From NCBI GenBank assembly GCA_035530295.1, contig DATKVB010000014.1, positions 279,881 through 343,880 on the forward strand: a stretch of DNA of 64,000 nt, in the 5' to 3' direction. The position numbers were made by a program, and so were the translations under genes. The DNA comes from a bacterium (GTDB lineage Bacteria > Spirochaetota > Spirochaetia > Treponematales > UBA12059). Below, piece after piece: positions 36,131-46,169 of the stretch. A model generated the notes under the pieces. It saw only the letters and a list, made by a program, of their open reading frames with translations. It was not told the origin of the DNA and did not search any database. The first letter of the stretch is position 1. Every line of letters starts with the position of its first letter.

Positions 36131-37795
36131 TCAGGGCCTGGTCGGGTGTTCGAGCAGCAGCGTCTCGGTCGGACGGTCGCAGACCTCGGTTGGCCCATAG
36201 TACTGGATGGCGCCGGGGAAACGGTAGGCTGTATCCAGGGCCCAGGCGTCGCGCGCCGCGGCGAATGCCTTGAACGGCGCCCCATCCAGCTCGACCAGGG
36301 CCTTCCTGATGACCGGCTTGTCCGCCCCGTGCCTGCGTTCCATGTTCATCATCATGGTCAGTGGAACGCCGCCCGCTATCCACTCCGCCGCTGGCGCCGA
36401 GAGGTTGCGTACCGACGACAGATACCCGGACAGCCCATTGGCCACCAACATGAAGGCGGTGTAGCCCAAGGCATAGCAATAGTCCGCATCAAAATTGGAC
36501 GGAAAGGCGCAGCGTCCCTCATAGCCGAAGAAATGCGCCAGCGCACTGAACGCACCCTGATAGCCCCCCGCGGCTTTGAGTGCGGCGAGCCGCCTCTCCA
36601 CCATGGCTATCAACAACTTCTCGGTATCGATGCGTGACACCTGCACATTGCCGTGCGGATCCCTGTCCATAATGAGCTGCTTCTTGATGTCCCCTGGCAG
36701 GCTGGCATAGAGCGAAGCAGCCGCTCCGGCAAGCGATGTCTGCACGAAATCCACCTTGGCCGCGTCGTCCTTGCGCGCCTTGAATTCGTCGCCCTTGGCG
36801 GCCATCAGGTCGTTGAGTTGGGCTATGAGCGTTTTGAAGTCCGGTATGAACTCTATGAGCCCTTCCGGTATCAGCACGACGCCGAAGTTCAGACCTTTGG
36901 CGGCACGGGCCACGATCGATGAGCATAGTATTTCGGTAACCTGCGCCAGGGTCATGCCCTTGGTCTCTATTTCCTCTGATACAAACGCGACGTTGGGCCG
37001 ACACTGCAGGGCGCATTCCAGCGCAATGTGGCTGGCAGACCGGCCCATCAGCTTGATGAAGTGCCAGTATTTGCGGGAGCTTGCGGCATCGCGCTCTATG
37101 TTGCCGACAAGCTCGGCATATGTCTTCGTCGCAGTATCAAAGCCGAATGAGGCCTCGATGTATTCGTTCTTGAGATCGCCGTCTATCGTCTTGGGTACGC
37201 CTATTACCCTGCACGGCACGGCTTCCTTCAGGAAATATTCGGCGAGCAAGGCGGCGTTCGTGTTGGAATCGTCTCCGCCTATGACGACAAGCGCGTCGAG
37301 CTTATGGGCCCGGGCATTGGCGGCGCTCGCGGCGAACTGCTCCGGGCTCTCTATCTTGGTACGGCCAGAGCCGATGATATCGAATCCACCGGTATTGCGA
37401 TACTGATCGATTGTTGCGGCATCCAGGATGACGAACTTGTTGTCGACGAGACCGCCAGGTCCGCCCTTGAAGCCTATAAGCACGGATTCGGAATTTCCCG
37501 CGGCAAGGCCGTCGAATAGCCCGGCTATTACGTTGTGGCCGCCCGGCGCCGGTCCGCCTGACAGGATGACGCCAACCGCGAGGCGCACCCTCGAAGCGCT
37601 CCCGGTGCCTTTGGAGAAATGAGCCAGGGGTTTGCCATAGCTCTGTGGGAACAGGGCCCGTACGGCCTCATGATCGGCAAGTGATTCGGTGGGCTTGCCC
37701 AGTTCCATCGCTATGGCAGCGGGGCCGCCACGCAGGACAGCGGGCAACTTGGGCTGGTACGCATATCGTGACTTCTGCAGAGGGGAATAGTCCAT
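36131..37795 (-). CDS. pfp: Pyrophosphate-dependent 6-phosphofructokinase (long PfpB-type)
   Basis: 554 aa. GGDDS (PPi-type, versus GGDGS in ATP-PFK), PKTIDGDL and MGR motifs. Confidence 0.95.
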   Translation of the reverse strand: MDYSPLQKSRYAYQPKLPAVLRGGPAAIAMELGKPTESLADHEAVRALFPQSYGKPLAHFSKGTGSASRVRLAVGVILSGGPAPGGHNVIAGLFDGLAAGNSESVLIGFKGGPGGLVDNKFVILDAATIDQYRNTGGFDIIGSGRTKIESPEQFAASAANARAHKLDALVVIGGDDSNTNAALLAEYFLKEAVPCRVIGVPKTIDGDLKNEYIEASFGFDTATKTYAELVGNIERDAASSRKYWHFIKLMGRSASHIALECALQCRPNVAFVSEEIETKGMTLAQVTEILCSSIVARAAKGLNFGVVLIPEGLIEFIPDFKTLIAQLNDLMAAKGDEFKARKDDAAKVDFVQTSLAGAAASLYASLPGDIKKQLIMDRDPHGNVQVSRIDTEKLLIAMVERRLAALKAAGGYQGAFSALAHFFGYEGRCAFPSNFDADYCYALGYTAFMLVANGLSGYLSSVRNLSAPAAEWIAGGVPLTMMMNMERRHGADKPVIRKALVELDGAPFKAFAAARDAWALDTAYRFPGAIQYYGPTEVCDRPTETLLLEHPTRP

Positions 37796-37878
37796 CGATC
37801 ACTCCTTGACGGCCCGGTCTTGATGATGCCGTGTCGACAATGAGGATACCTGATACTGGTCAGAGCGGCAAGGTCGAA

Positions 37879-39048
37879 TCAGGCCTTGTCCTGGCCGATC
37901 TTCTCCGCGTCCGCTCTGTGGACTGGCTTGAGGATCCTGACGCCGGTCTCCGACGTCTGGATGATAGTCTCCTTGCCGTCGGGGGTTCTGGAGCCTAGAA
38001 CGAGCACAATGGGATACCGTGGATTGTCCGGGTTTACATCGATAACCTGGGCGACCCGGGAATTGGTCAAGAGCACATAGGAGCCGACAGGATAGACGGA
38101 GAGCGAATAGACAAGTGACTTTATGACGACATCGTCGTACTGTTTGCCGTCGTTTTTGAGGATATCGACCATGCCGGCGTAGCCTTCGCGCGCTTCCTTG
38201 TACGGTCTTGATGCGGTAACGGCATCGTAGGAGCATGCGACGGCTATGATCCTGGCGTACAGCGATATCTTGTCACCTGTCAGCGACCGGGGATAGCCAG
38301 ACCCGTTCATCCGTTCGTGGTGCTCGAGCGCGGCCAGGCATATCGAGAGCGGAAACTGCTTTTCCTTGAGTATGTTGTAGCCCAGTATCGGGTGGGCCGT
38401 TATCGACTTGCGCTCCTGGTCTGATAGCTTGCGGCCGGCCATGTAGAGCTGGGGCGGCAGCCGTACCATGCCTATTTCGTGCAGCACCGAGGCAACCCCC
38501 AGTTCTATCAACCGGTGTTGTGGCAACTTGAGGTGACCACCAAGCACGATGGCAAGGATGGTGGAACGGGCCGAATGGTTGACGAGATAGTTTGACGATG
38601 TCGATGCGTTGCCCAGGACACGCAGCACATATCGTTTGTCCTCCAGAATCACATCGCACAGCGTCTTTATCCTGTCAGACAGCTCCTTGAGGCTTATCTC
38701 GCTCTTGGTTACGTATCGCGTGTACACGGTGTCGACATACTTCAAGAACTGCTCGTAAAATATGTTGACCTTGTCCAGGTTTTCCTTGTCACCGGCCGTC
38801 TGGGACGTGATGGGGTGATTCTCCGAGTCCGCTTCCTCCTCGACAGCATCCGGCGCAATAGCGTCGTCGTTGATCAGGTAGCCATCGGAATAGAGTTCCC
38901 TGATCTCCCATTCGGCGAGCCTGTTTATCAAGGCCGCGGTCACCGGTGTTTCCGGAGTCAGGAGTATATATGTTTCATCAAGGAAGACCGGCGAGCTGTA
39001 ATAGGTGTCCGGTACAAGTTCCTTGAATGGGATGGCGTTCATGCCCAT
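37879..39048 (-). CDS. HD-GYP domain c-di-GMP phosphodiesterase-like protein
   Basis: HD region (LHEIGMV) and HHERMNGSGYP motif. N-terminal ~170 aa unassigned. Confidence 0.9.
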   Translation of the reverse strand: MGMNAIPFKELVPDTYYSSPVFLDETYILLTPETPVTAALINRLAEWEIRELYSDGYLINDDAIAPDAVEEEADSENHPITSQTAGDKENLDKVNIFYEQFLKYVDTVYTRYVTKSEISLKELSDRIKTLCDVILEDKRYVLRVLGNASTSSNYLVNHSARSTILAIVLGGHLKLPQHRLIELGVASVLHEIGMVRLPPQLYMAGRKLSDQERKSITAHPILGYNILKEKQFPLSICLAALEHHERMNGSGYPRSLTGDKISLYARIIAVACSYDAVTASRPYKEAREGYAGMVDILKNDGKQYDDVVIKSLVYSLSVYPVGSYVLLTNSRVAQVIDVNPDNPRYPIVLVLGSRTPDGKETIIQTSETGVRILKPVHRADAEKIGQDKA

Positions 39049-39126
39049 TGACCCCTCTCATATGATATTCTATGCTTCCGCGGTAGTTCACGCCACCCTA
39101 TGTATGTATTATTGGAGACATTCGGC

Positions 39127-39951
39127 ATGAAGTTTAAAACAATATTCATACTTTTCAACGCAATACTGATCTTCTCGTTTGCTTTTATATTTCTGATGCC
39201 CTTTTTTCTGCTTGGTGCCGAGTATTCCACTCCATTCTGGCTCAAGAATTGGCCATTGTTCATGGTTTTCGCCGCCGTACTGGTAGGTTTCAACATATTC
39301 TTCGTGCTGAACTGGCGCCTCTTCTCGCTGCTGGAGTCCGAAGACTGGGAGTCACTAGGCGCGCTGCTCGTCGATCGAGTGCTTGTGAGGCGTCGATACG
39401 ACCGGCGGATGATACGGCTGCTCGTGAACACCTCGTTGCTGCGCGGTGACATGGCCACAATAGAACGACTGGAATCGGCTCTGCGTGTCGGCAAGCCGAC
39501 GGCGCTACGTCGCGATGCCGTGCTGTTTGGCGCCGCGAGGATGCTCAAGAACGACGCGGAGGCGACCGAAGCCTTTCTGGCCGAGTTTGTCGACGGTCGC
39601 GGGGTGGACAACGCCCAGTGGCTGCTGTTTTATTACGGATTTGTCCTGGTCATGCGCGAACGCTTTGACGAGGCCACTCCTCGTGTGCAGTCCACCGTAT
39701 CGGCCAAGGACCCTGTGCTGGCGCTTATGTCAGCCTACATACTGGGCTCCCTGTGCGCGGTCGCAGCGAAGCCGGGTGATCGGCAGGCTCAGGTCGATTC
39801 GGCCGAGGCTGTCAGGACCAGATTGTCGCACACGTTTGATGTCGCGAAATGGGCCCGAGAGGCCGAACGCGCCAAGGGCGAGGTGCACATCGTCATCCTT
39901 TCCAGGATTCTTGACGAGGCGAGTGGCTGGCTATTTGCCGCCAAGGCTTGA
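39127..39951 (+). CDS. Hypothetical membrane protein (2-3 N-terminal TM, helical C-terminal part)
   Basis: ATG 39127 lies 9 nt after GGAG (alternative ATG at 39100). AT-rich hydrophobic N-terminus. Confidence 0.6.
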   Translation: MKFKTIFILFNAILIFSFAFIFLMPFFLLGAEYSTPFWLKNWPLFMVFAAVLVGFNIFFVLNWRLFSLLESEDWESLGALLVDRVLVRRRYDRRMIRLLVNTSLLRGDMATIERLESALRVGKPTALRRDAVLFGAARMLKNDAEATEAFLAEFVDGRGVDNAQWLLFYYGFVLVMRERFDEATPRVQSTVSAKDPVLALMSAYILGSLCAVAAKPGDRQAQVDSAEAVRTRLSHTFDVAKWAREAERAKGEVHIVILSRILDEASGWLFAAKA

Positions 39952-40066
39952 TCGCGGTCAGCATCAGGCTGTTTCTCGAGCATTCAACATAGTACTGGTT
40001 TTCGCCCCCTGCCAAATCCCCAATCGCGCTCATGAGGTGGCCGTCGGAGGCCGACAATCAGATTGT

Positions 40067-40942
40067 ATGAGCGCACGACAGAACCTTGCACGAACCGTAT
40101 TGCTGGTCATGGCAATGACACTCATGGTAGCGACCAGGGCCGCCGCCGCCGATCCTCTGACCCATACGGTGCAGAAGGGTGAGACGCTGTACGCGATAGC
40201 CAGGCGATACGATGTCGCGGTCGATCTTCTGATGAAGGCCAACGCCATCGCCGATCCATCGAGACTCTCTGTGGGCATGACACTTACCATTCCGGGCCAA
40301 TCGACCGTCGCGGCACCGACCGGCTCTACCACGACAAGCACCACCAATCCGGTAATCGTCGACTATGTCGTCAAGAAGGGTGACACCCTGTATGGCATCG
40401 CCAAGGCTCACGGTGTCTCGGTGGAAGCCATCCTCAAGGCGAGCTCCATCACCTCGACGACCATAAGGCTCGGGCAGAGGCTCAAGATTCCATCGACGGC
40501 TCCAGCTTCAACGCCAGCCTCAACTTTCGGCCCCGTGGCAATATCCGATTCCGTCGCGGTGGTGCCCAAACCGGCAGCGGGGGCCGCCGTGACCAGCGCC
40601 AGGCTGTGGCCGGCCAAGGGGCAGGTCGCGTACCTGCAAGGCAAGCTCAAGGGCGTCTCCATAGTGACTGAACCGTCCGTGGCCATCCAGACAATACGAT
40701 CAGGCACCGTGATATCAGCTGGACCCTTCAGAGGCTTCGGGCAGGTGGCGTTCATTCAGGCCAGCGACGGGCTCGTCTATGTGTATGGGGGAGCCAGCGC
40801 CCTGTCTGTGCGGGTCGGAGATGTCGTACGCGTTGGCGCATCGATTGGCACGGTTGCCTCCGAGCCCAATCCATCCGTATATTTCTTTGTGTTCAAAGGC
40901 GCCGAAACCGTTGACCCTGATACGGTACCCAGAAATAGGTGA
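40067..40942 (+). CDS. NlpD-like lipoprotein/secreted protein: 2 LysM domains + degenerate LytM (M23) domain
   Basis: Signal peptide. Two LysM repeats (HTVQKGETLYAIARRY..., YVVKKGDTLYGIAKAHG...). The M23-like C-terminus lacks the HxxxD/HxH metal ligands (YVYGGAS..., PSVYFFVFKG). Confidence 0.85.
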   Translation: MSARQNLARTVLLVMAMTLMVATRAAAADPLTHTVQKGETLYAIARRYDVAVDLLMKANAIADPSRLSVGMTLTIPGQSTVAAPTGSTTTSTTNPVIVDYVVKKGDTLYGIAKAHGVSVEAILKASSITSTTIRLGQRLKIPSTAPASTPASTFGPVAISDSVAVVPKPAAGAAVTSARLWPAKGQVAYLQGKLKGVSIVTEPSVAIQTIRSGTVISAGPFRGFGQVAFIQASDGLVYVYGGASALSVRVGDVVRVGASIGTVASEPNPSVYFFVFKGAETVDPDTVPRNR

Positions 40943-40995
40943 AGGAGCAGCAATAGTCATACGATCAGTGGCTCGACAAAAATTGCGGATATTCA

Positions 40996-41023
40996 TTGAT
41001 TTTTGGCGAGTATGCAGTACACT
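40996..41023 (+). promoter_or_regulatory. Candidate promoter TTGATT-N16-TACACT upstream of the sigma-factor gene
   Basis: TTGATT at 40996-41001 and TACACT at 41018-41023. Sequence match only. Confidence 0.35.
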
Positions 41024-41092
41024 ATCGTTTCGCGACCGGTATTTTTTTTTATCGTCCTGAATTGGGCCCGCGTGCCCCTGAGGGAGAACATA

Positions 41093-42109
41093 ATGCAAGA
41101 AGTTGTCGCCCCCAAACCGATCCCGATCAAGCGAGCCAGGAAGACCAGGGCCATACCCGTCCAGAAGAAAGCGAGGCGTCAGCCAGAATCGCACGAGGCC
41201 GACCCGCTCGCGCTGTATCTGAAGCAGATATCCCGCTATTCCCTCCTCACCGCCGAGGAAGAGATTGAACTCGGGGAGAAGATCCAGAAGACGCGCAACA
41301 CCATTGCCGCGTTTGATTCAATGGCCGAATCTGAGGCTCCCGACTACACCCTCAATCGCTCTGAACGGGACAGGCACGAGGCCGAGCTGCTCGCATGCAA
41401 ACACCGCATGATTTCAAGCAACCTGCGCCTTGTCGTGTCGATAGCCAAGAACTATCAGCACCGAGGCCTGTCCCTTCTGGACATCATCGATGAGGGCAAC
41501 ATAGGCCTTATCGAGGCCGTTGAACGCTTCGACTATACCAGAGGGTGCCGGTTCTCCACCTACGGAACGTGGTGGATCAGGCAGGCCATAATCAAGAGCC
41601 TCGCTGACAAGGGGCGGGTCATACGGATACCGATCCACATGCTCAATACCATCAAGAAGTGCTACTTCGTGGCCAAGCAGATGACCCAGGATCTGGGGCG
41701 TGATCCGAATCCGGACGAATTGGCCGGCAAGCTGGGCATGGAATCAAAGAAGGTCAAGGAAATCATGAAGCTGTCCCAGGAGACCGCCTCACTTGATACG
41801 ACCGTCGATGAAGACAGCGTTACTCACCTGTCTGATCTGATCAAGGACGACAACGCCATAGAGCCATTCGAGGATGTCTTCGGCAAGACATTGCAGGAAA
41901 CGATAGGCGATGTACTGCGCAGCCTGAACCAGCGCGAAATAACTATCATCACCCTGCGGTTCGGCCTCAATGGCGAGGGGCCGCTGACGCTCGAAGAGAC
42001 TGGCAAGCTGCTCGGCATCACAAGGGAGCGTGTGCGACAGATCCAGGAGAAGGCCATACTCAAACTCCGTGACCTGCGCCGGCTGGACGAATATCAGGAA
42101 ATATCCTAG
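41093..42109 (+). CDS. RpoD/RpoS-family (group 1/2) sigma-70 factor
   Basis: ATG 41093 lies 6 nt after GGGAG. Regions 1.2-4 are recognisable (DPLALYLKQI, LRLVVSIAKNY, IDEGNIGLIEAVERFD, FSTYGTWWIRQAI, TLEETGKLLGITRERVRQIQ). Confidence 0.9.
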   Translation: MQEVVAPKPIPIKRARKTRAIPVQKKARRQPESHEADPLALYLKQISRYSLLTAEEEIELGEKIQKTRNTIAAFDSMAESEAPDYTLNRSERDRHEAELLACKHRMISSNLRLVVSIAKNYQHRGLSLLDIIDEGNIGLIEAVERFDYTRGCRFSTYGTWWIRQAIIKSLADKGRVIRIPIHMLNTIKKCYFVAKQMTQDLGRDPNPDELAGKLGMESKKVKEIMKLSQETASLDTTVDEDSVTHLSDLIKDDNAIEPFEDVFGKTLQETIGDVLRSLNQREITIITLRFGLNGEGPLTLEETGKLLGITRERVRQIQEKAILKLRDLRRLDEYQEIS

Positions 42110-42128
42110 CAATTATTCTGACAGGAAG

Positions 42129-42171
42129 CGCCGCGCTCTCGGGGTTGTCGCCCGGAGCGCGGCGTTCTTTT
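42129..42171 (+). terminator. Rho-independent terminator after the sigma-factor gene
   Basis: GC-rich stem CGCCGCGCTC(t)CGGG / CCCGGAGCGCGGCG (14 bp with one bulge), followed by TTCTTTT. It lies between convergent genes. Confidence 0.8.
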
Positions 42172-42177
42172 AGGTTG

Positions 42178-45018
42178 TCAGTGTGCTCCCAGCAGCGTCG
42201 CAAGGGTCTTGTACCCGCGCCGTGCGGCCACTTCACCGGCTGTCTCGCCAGCCGCATCGCGCATGGATGGATCGGCTCCAAGGGCCAGCAGGGTTTGCGC
42301 AGCCTTCTCCAGCCCGGCGGCGGCCGCATAGTGCAAGGCTGTCTCTCCCAGGAAGTCCGCGGCGTTCGGGTTCGTGCCAAACATCGAGGTGATCGCCGCG
42401 TCGCCAGCGGAAAGCGCCAATGTGGCCGGCGTTGTGCCATCCGTATCCCTGACAAACGGATCTGCGCCTGCGGCTATCAACCGTGACGCTATGTCATAGA
42501 AGCCGCCGGCAAGGGCCGCGTGCAGAGGTGAGCGTCCGCGGGAGTCGCGATCATCGGGCAGGGCGCCAGCCGCCAGTGCCACCTCGATGCTTTCCATCGT
42601 TGGTTTGACATCCAGAATCACCCGCAGCACCGACTTGCCATCCGCGTCCGTACTCCGCGCCGAGCGATCGTCGAGCATGGCCTTGAGCATCGGGCCACCC
42701 TTCTTGATGGCGTAACCAAGCGGGCTCTCTCCTGTCGAGTCACGCGCGTGTATGGAAGCGCCAAGCAGGACAAGAGCGCGGACAGTCTTTGCGTTCTCGG
42801 CATAGACGGCCTCCAATAGCGGCGTGATGCCGCCGTCATCCCGTACGTCGACACGCTTTGACTTGAGCGCCAGCGCGCTTACAAAACGGTCATCGATCTG
42901 CCTGGCGGCCGCATGGAACGGTGTCTTGCCAGAGTTGTCACGTGCGAGCGGGTTGGCGCCGCGCTCCAGGAGATATGCCGCCGCCGCCGCGTTGGCCTTG
43001 TCTATGGCATCGCGCAATGGCGTCTTGCCGGTATAATCGCGCGGGTCGATGTCTGGCGATGACCGCGCCAGGAGGCGCAGACATTCAGTGGCATTCCAGT
43101 AGACGGCAAGGTGGAGGGTGGTGGCTCCCGAAGCGTCGCGGGCACGAGGATCTGCGCCAAGCATCAAGAGCGTATTGACGGTGCCGGTCGAGTCCTTCTT
43201 GAGCGCGAGCATCAGCGGGGTCTGGCCATCGGAGTTCTTGACGTCGACCGATACGCCGCGGGAGACGATGAAGGCGGCGCCGTCGGCCATGCCTGCCATC
43301 GCCGCGTAGTGTAGCGGGCCATTGCCCGCGGCATCGGTGGCGCCGAGCACATCGGATGAGAAGAACCAGGACAGGGGACCGCCCTGCGCAGACAGCGCCA
43401 GCGAAAGCGGCGTGGCTCCGATGGTATTGGCCGAGAACGGATCGGCACCGGCCTTGAGCAGCGCCTCGCCTTGGGTGCCGACATTCATCCTCGCCGCCAG
43501 ATGCAGCGCGGTGTCACCTTCATTGTTCCTGGCCGATGGATCAAGGCCAAGCTCATGCAGGACGGCTATGGTCTCCGGCATGGCCTTGAGCCTGCAGGCT
43601 ATGTGGTACGGCGAGTCTCCCGAGTCATCGCGGGCGTCCTTCGGCGATGCCGCGACTATGGCTCGCGTCGAGTCCGGGCCATCGGATAGAGCTATCGACA
43701 GGGGGGTGTCGCCGTGCACATTCTTTACGAACATGCTGGCACCTTTGCCCGCGAGCAGCGAGACCAGTGCCGTGTTCTTGCGACGAACGGCCATGGCCAG
43801 CGCCGTATCACCATCCGCGTTAGCCGCGTCGATCGCGACGCCCTTGGTCAGCAGTGTCTCTATCATGGCTTGTGGATACCCGAGCATGATGGCCAGGTGC
43901 AGGGCGGTGTTGCCGGCTTTGTCCTTGAGGGCCGGATTGGCTCCCGAGGCCAGCAACAGCCCGGCGGCTTCAGAACCGTTTGTGGCAGGAAGCGCCAGAT
44001 GAAGTGGTGTATTGTCCACACCATCCCTGGCGTTTGGATCGGCTCCCTTGGCGAGCAGTATTTTGGCAGCTTCCACGCGGCCCAGCCGCACCGCGTCGTG
44101 CAGGGCCGTTGACCCTGAGGCGTTCTTGGCGTCGACAGGCACGCCCCGGTCCAGGAAAAATGACAGGTAGCCTCGATGGTCATAGCGCACGGCCTCGTGC
44201 AATACGGTAGCACCATCGGCAAACCTGGCCCTGGCGTAATTGGTATCCCTGACCGCGCGTATGAAGTAGGAGAAATCATCGAACGATGTCGGCGCGTTGC
44301 GCGCGACCAGCAACTCGGCGATGGCGGCGCTGTCCTGGCTGCCCGGATGCATGAAGGCCGAGTCCAGCGGTGTCCTGCCCGAATCATCGCGCGCAGCAAG
44401 GTCTGGATCAAGGACCAAGAGTATCTTGACTGAGTCGATGGATAGCCTGTCCACCGCGACATGCAGGGCCGTCTCACCATGTGGCCCCTTGAGGCCGATC
44501 GAAGCCTGGTCGACCAGTGATGCCGTGAAACCTTTGGCTATCGCGGCGTCGAGTGGACTGACGCCGGCCTTGTCGGTGATGAAGAATGACGCACCCCTTG
44601 AGACCAGCGCCTTTGCGGAGGCCGCATCGCCCAAATCAACGGCATACCGCAGCGGTGTCTTGCCATCGTTGTCGATCGGATCGGGGGCCGCTCCCATGGC
44701 CAGCAGTATCGCGACCATATCGCTGGAGTTTTTGAGTACGGCAGCATGCAGGGGATACCGGCCATCGGTCCCGGGCTTGCCGACAAGGTCGCGGCCCTTG
44801 AACAGCGCCTGCAGCCCGGCGGTATCGCCACGCTCTATCAGGTCGGCTATGTCCGGCTCCACCGTCGCAACACTGGCTTGGGGTTCGGCTGACTGCACGG
44901 GCTGTGGTGTCGAAACGCATGACCCCAGCGCTATGGCCGCCCAGGCTATGGCGCCAGCCAGGATGAGCCGTAACGCCCCGGATTCAAACATGGAATGAGT
45001 GGATCGCCTGTTCTTCAT
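42178..45018 (-). CDS. Giant ankyrin-repeat lipoprotein (~26 ANK repeats)
   Basis: Signal peptide with lipobox-like ...AAIALGSC. I counted 26 recurrences of the G-x-T-P/A-L-H-x-A ankyrin core across 946 aa. Confidence 0.9.
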   Translation of the reverse strand: MKNRRSTHSMFESGALRLILAGAIAWAAIALGSCVSTPQPVQSAEPQASVATVEPDIADLIERGDTAGLQALFKGRDLVGKPGTDGRYPLHAAVLKNSSDMVAILLAMGAAPDPIDNDGKTPLRYAVDLGDAASAKALVSRGASFFITDKAGVSPLDAAIAKGFTASLVDQASIGLKGPHGETALHVAVDRLSIDSVKILLVLDPDLAARDDSGRTPLDSAFMHPGSQDSAAIAELLVARNAPTSFDDFSYFIRAVRDTNYARARFADGATVLHEAVRYDHRGYLSFFLDRGVPVDAKNASGSTALHDAVRLGRVEAAKILLAKGADPNARDGVDNTPLHLALPATNGSEAAGLLLASGANPALKDKAGNTALHLAIMLGYPQAMIETLLTKGVAIDAANADGDTALAMAVRRKNTALVSLLAGKGASMFVKNVHGDTPLSIALSDGPDSTRAIVAASPKDARDDSGDSPYHIACRLKAMPETIAVLHELGLDPSARNNEGDTALHLAARMNVGTQGEALLKAGADPFSANTIGATPLSLALSAQGGPLSWFFSSDVLGATDAAGNGPLHYAAMAGMADGAAFIVSRGVSVDVKNSDGQTPLMLALKKDSTGTVNTLLMLGADPRARDASGATTLHLAVYWNATECLRLLARSSPDIDPRDYTGKTPLRDAIDKANAAAAAYLLERGANPLARDNSGKTPFHAAARQIDDRFVSALALKSKRVDVRDDGGITPLLEAVYAENAKTVRALVLLGASIHARDSTGESPLGYAIKKGGPMLKAMLDDRSARSTDADGKSVLRVILDVKPTMESIEVALAAGALPDDRDSRGRSPLHAALAGGFYDIASRLIAAGADPFVRDTDGTTPATLALSAGDAAITSMFGTNPNAADFLGETALHYAAAAGLEKAAQTLLALGADPSMRDAAGETAGEVAARRGYKTLATLLGAH

Positions 45019-45185
45019 AAATATTTCCTTGTCATACGGATTTCAGGATCAATGCTTGAAGCATGCATAAAACTCTGTTACCTTGATTGTAGCATGATGC
45101 CTGCCCAGATACATTTCTGTGCTACAACAATCAATGATACTGGATGGTTCCACATGCTATCAATGGCGATGACAAGGAGACGACT

Positions 45186-46169
45186 GTGCGGATAGGATTT
45201 TGCGTTCCCATGAACGATGTCTGGACAAAGGCGGTAGACGGGCTCCAGCGCGATGTCGGCCCTGGCATCGAAATCATAAGAGGCGTCGATGCGAGTCTCG
45301 CGGCCTTTGGCACGCTGGATGCCGTGGTCGCAAACATACTGGACCGATCAATATACGAGGCCGCACCGGGGCTCAAGGCAGTCTTTGTGCCATTTGTCGG
45401 CGTCAACCATCTACCGGCTGATCTATTGATCCAGCGCGGCGTGTCGGTCTTCAACTGCCACGGCAATGCCGAGAGCGTGGCGGAACGGGCCTTGGCCCTC
45501 GCCCTTGCCGGTTTCGGACGCATTATCGAGTACCACAACGACCTCCGTAACCTGAAGTGGCACGGATTCTGGGTCAACAAGGGCCGGGAGGACTTCTGGC
45601 ACTCGATTTTCCACAAGCGCTGCACGATTCTGGGCGTCGGAGCGATAGGCGAGATGCTGGCCAAGCTGCTCAAGGCCTTCGAGTGCACCGTGACCGGATA
45701 CCGTCGTCGCAGTGGCGCTCCTGCTCCACAGTACTTTGACTCGGTGACTACCGACCTACACGAAGCCGTCTCGGGTGCCGATATCGTATTCATAACGCTG
45801 CCGCTGACCGATGCGACCAAGGGCCTCGTCGGGGCGGTGGAACTCAAGGCCATGCGCGGCGCCTTTCTGGTCAATGTGGGGCGAGGCGATGTCGTCGACG
45901 AGGCCGCGCTCTATGCCGCGCTCAAGGATGGCACGCTCTCGGGCGCAGGTATCGATGTGTGGTACCAGTATCCCAAGGATGGCTCGATCCAAGGCGCGCC
46001 ATCGCACTTCCCGATACACGAATTGCCGAATGTCATGCTGTCACCCCATGTCGCGGGTTCAACATACGAGGCGGTGGACATGAACACGGCCCAGACCGTC
46101 GAGAACGTCGCGAGATGGATACAGACCGGAGACGCCGCGCATCGCGTGGATCTCAAGGCATCATACTGA
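45186..46169 (+). CDS. D-isomer-specific 2-hydroxyacid dehydrogenase family protein
   Basis: GTG 45186 lies 6 nt after AAGGAG (alternative ATG at 45144). NAD fold GVGAIGEML, and NVGRGDVVDE and DVW motifs. Confidence 0.85.
   Translation: MRIGFCVPMNDVWTKAVDGLQRDVGPGIEIIRGVDASLAAFGTLDAVVANILDRSIYEAAPGLKAVFVPFVGVNHLPADLLIQRGVSVFNCHGNAESVAERALALALAGFGRIIEYHNDLRNLKWHGFWVNKGREDFWHSIFHKRCTILGVGAIGEMLAKLLKAFECTVTGYRRRSGAPAPQYFDSVTTDLHEAVSGADIVFITLPLTDATKGLVGAVELKAMRGAFLVNVGRGDVVDEAALYAALKDGTLSGAGIDVWYQYPKDGSIQGAPSHFPIHELPNVMLSPHVAGSTYEAVDMNTAQTVENVARWIQTGDAAHRVDLKASY

Noticed and set aside
42178-45018. Periodic ~99-nt repetition flagged as a possible repeat array or CRISPR-like structure
   Set aside because: The periodicity is the coding repeat of ankyrin modules in one continuous ORF. 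There are no spacers and no cas genes.
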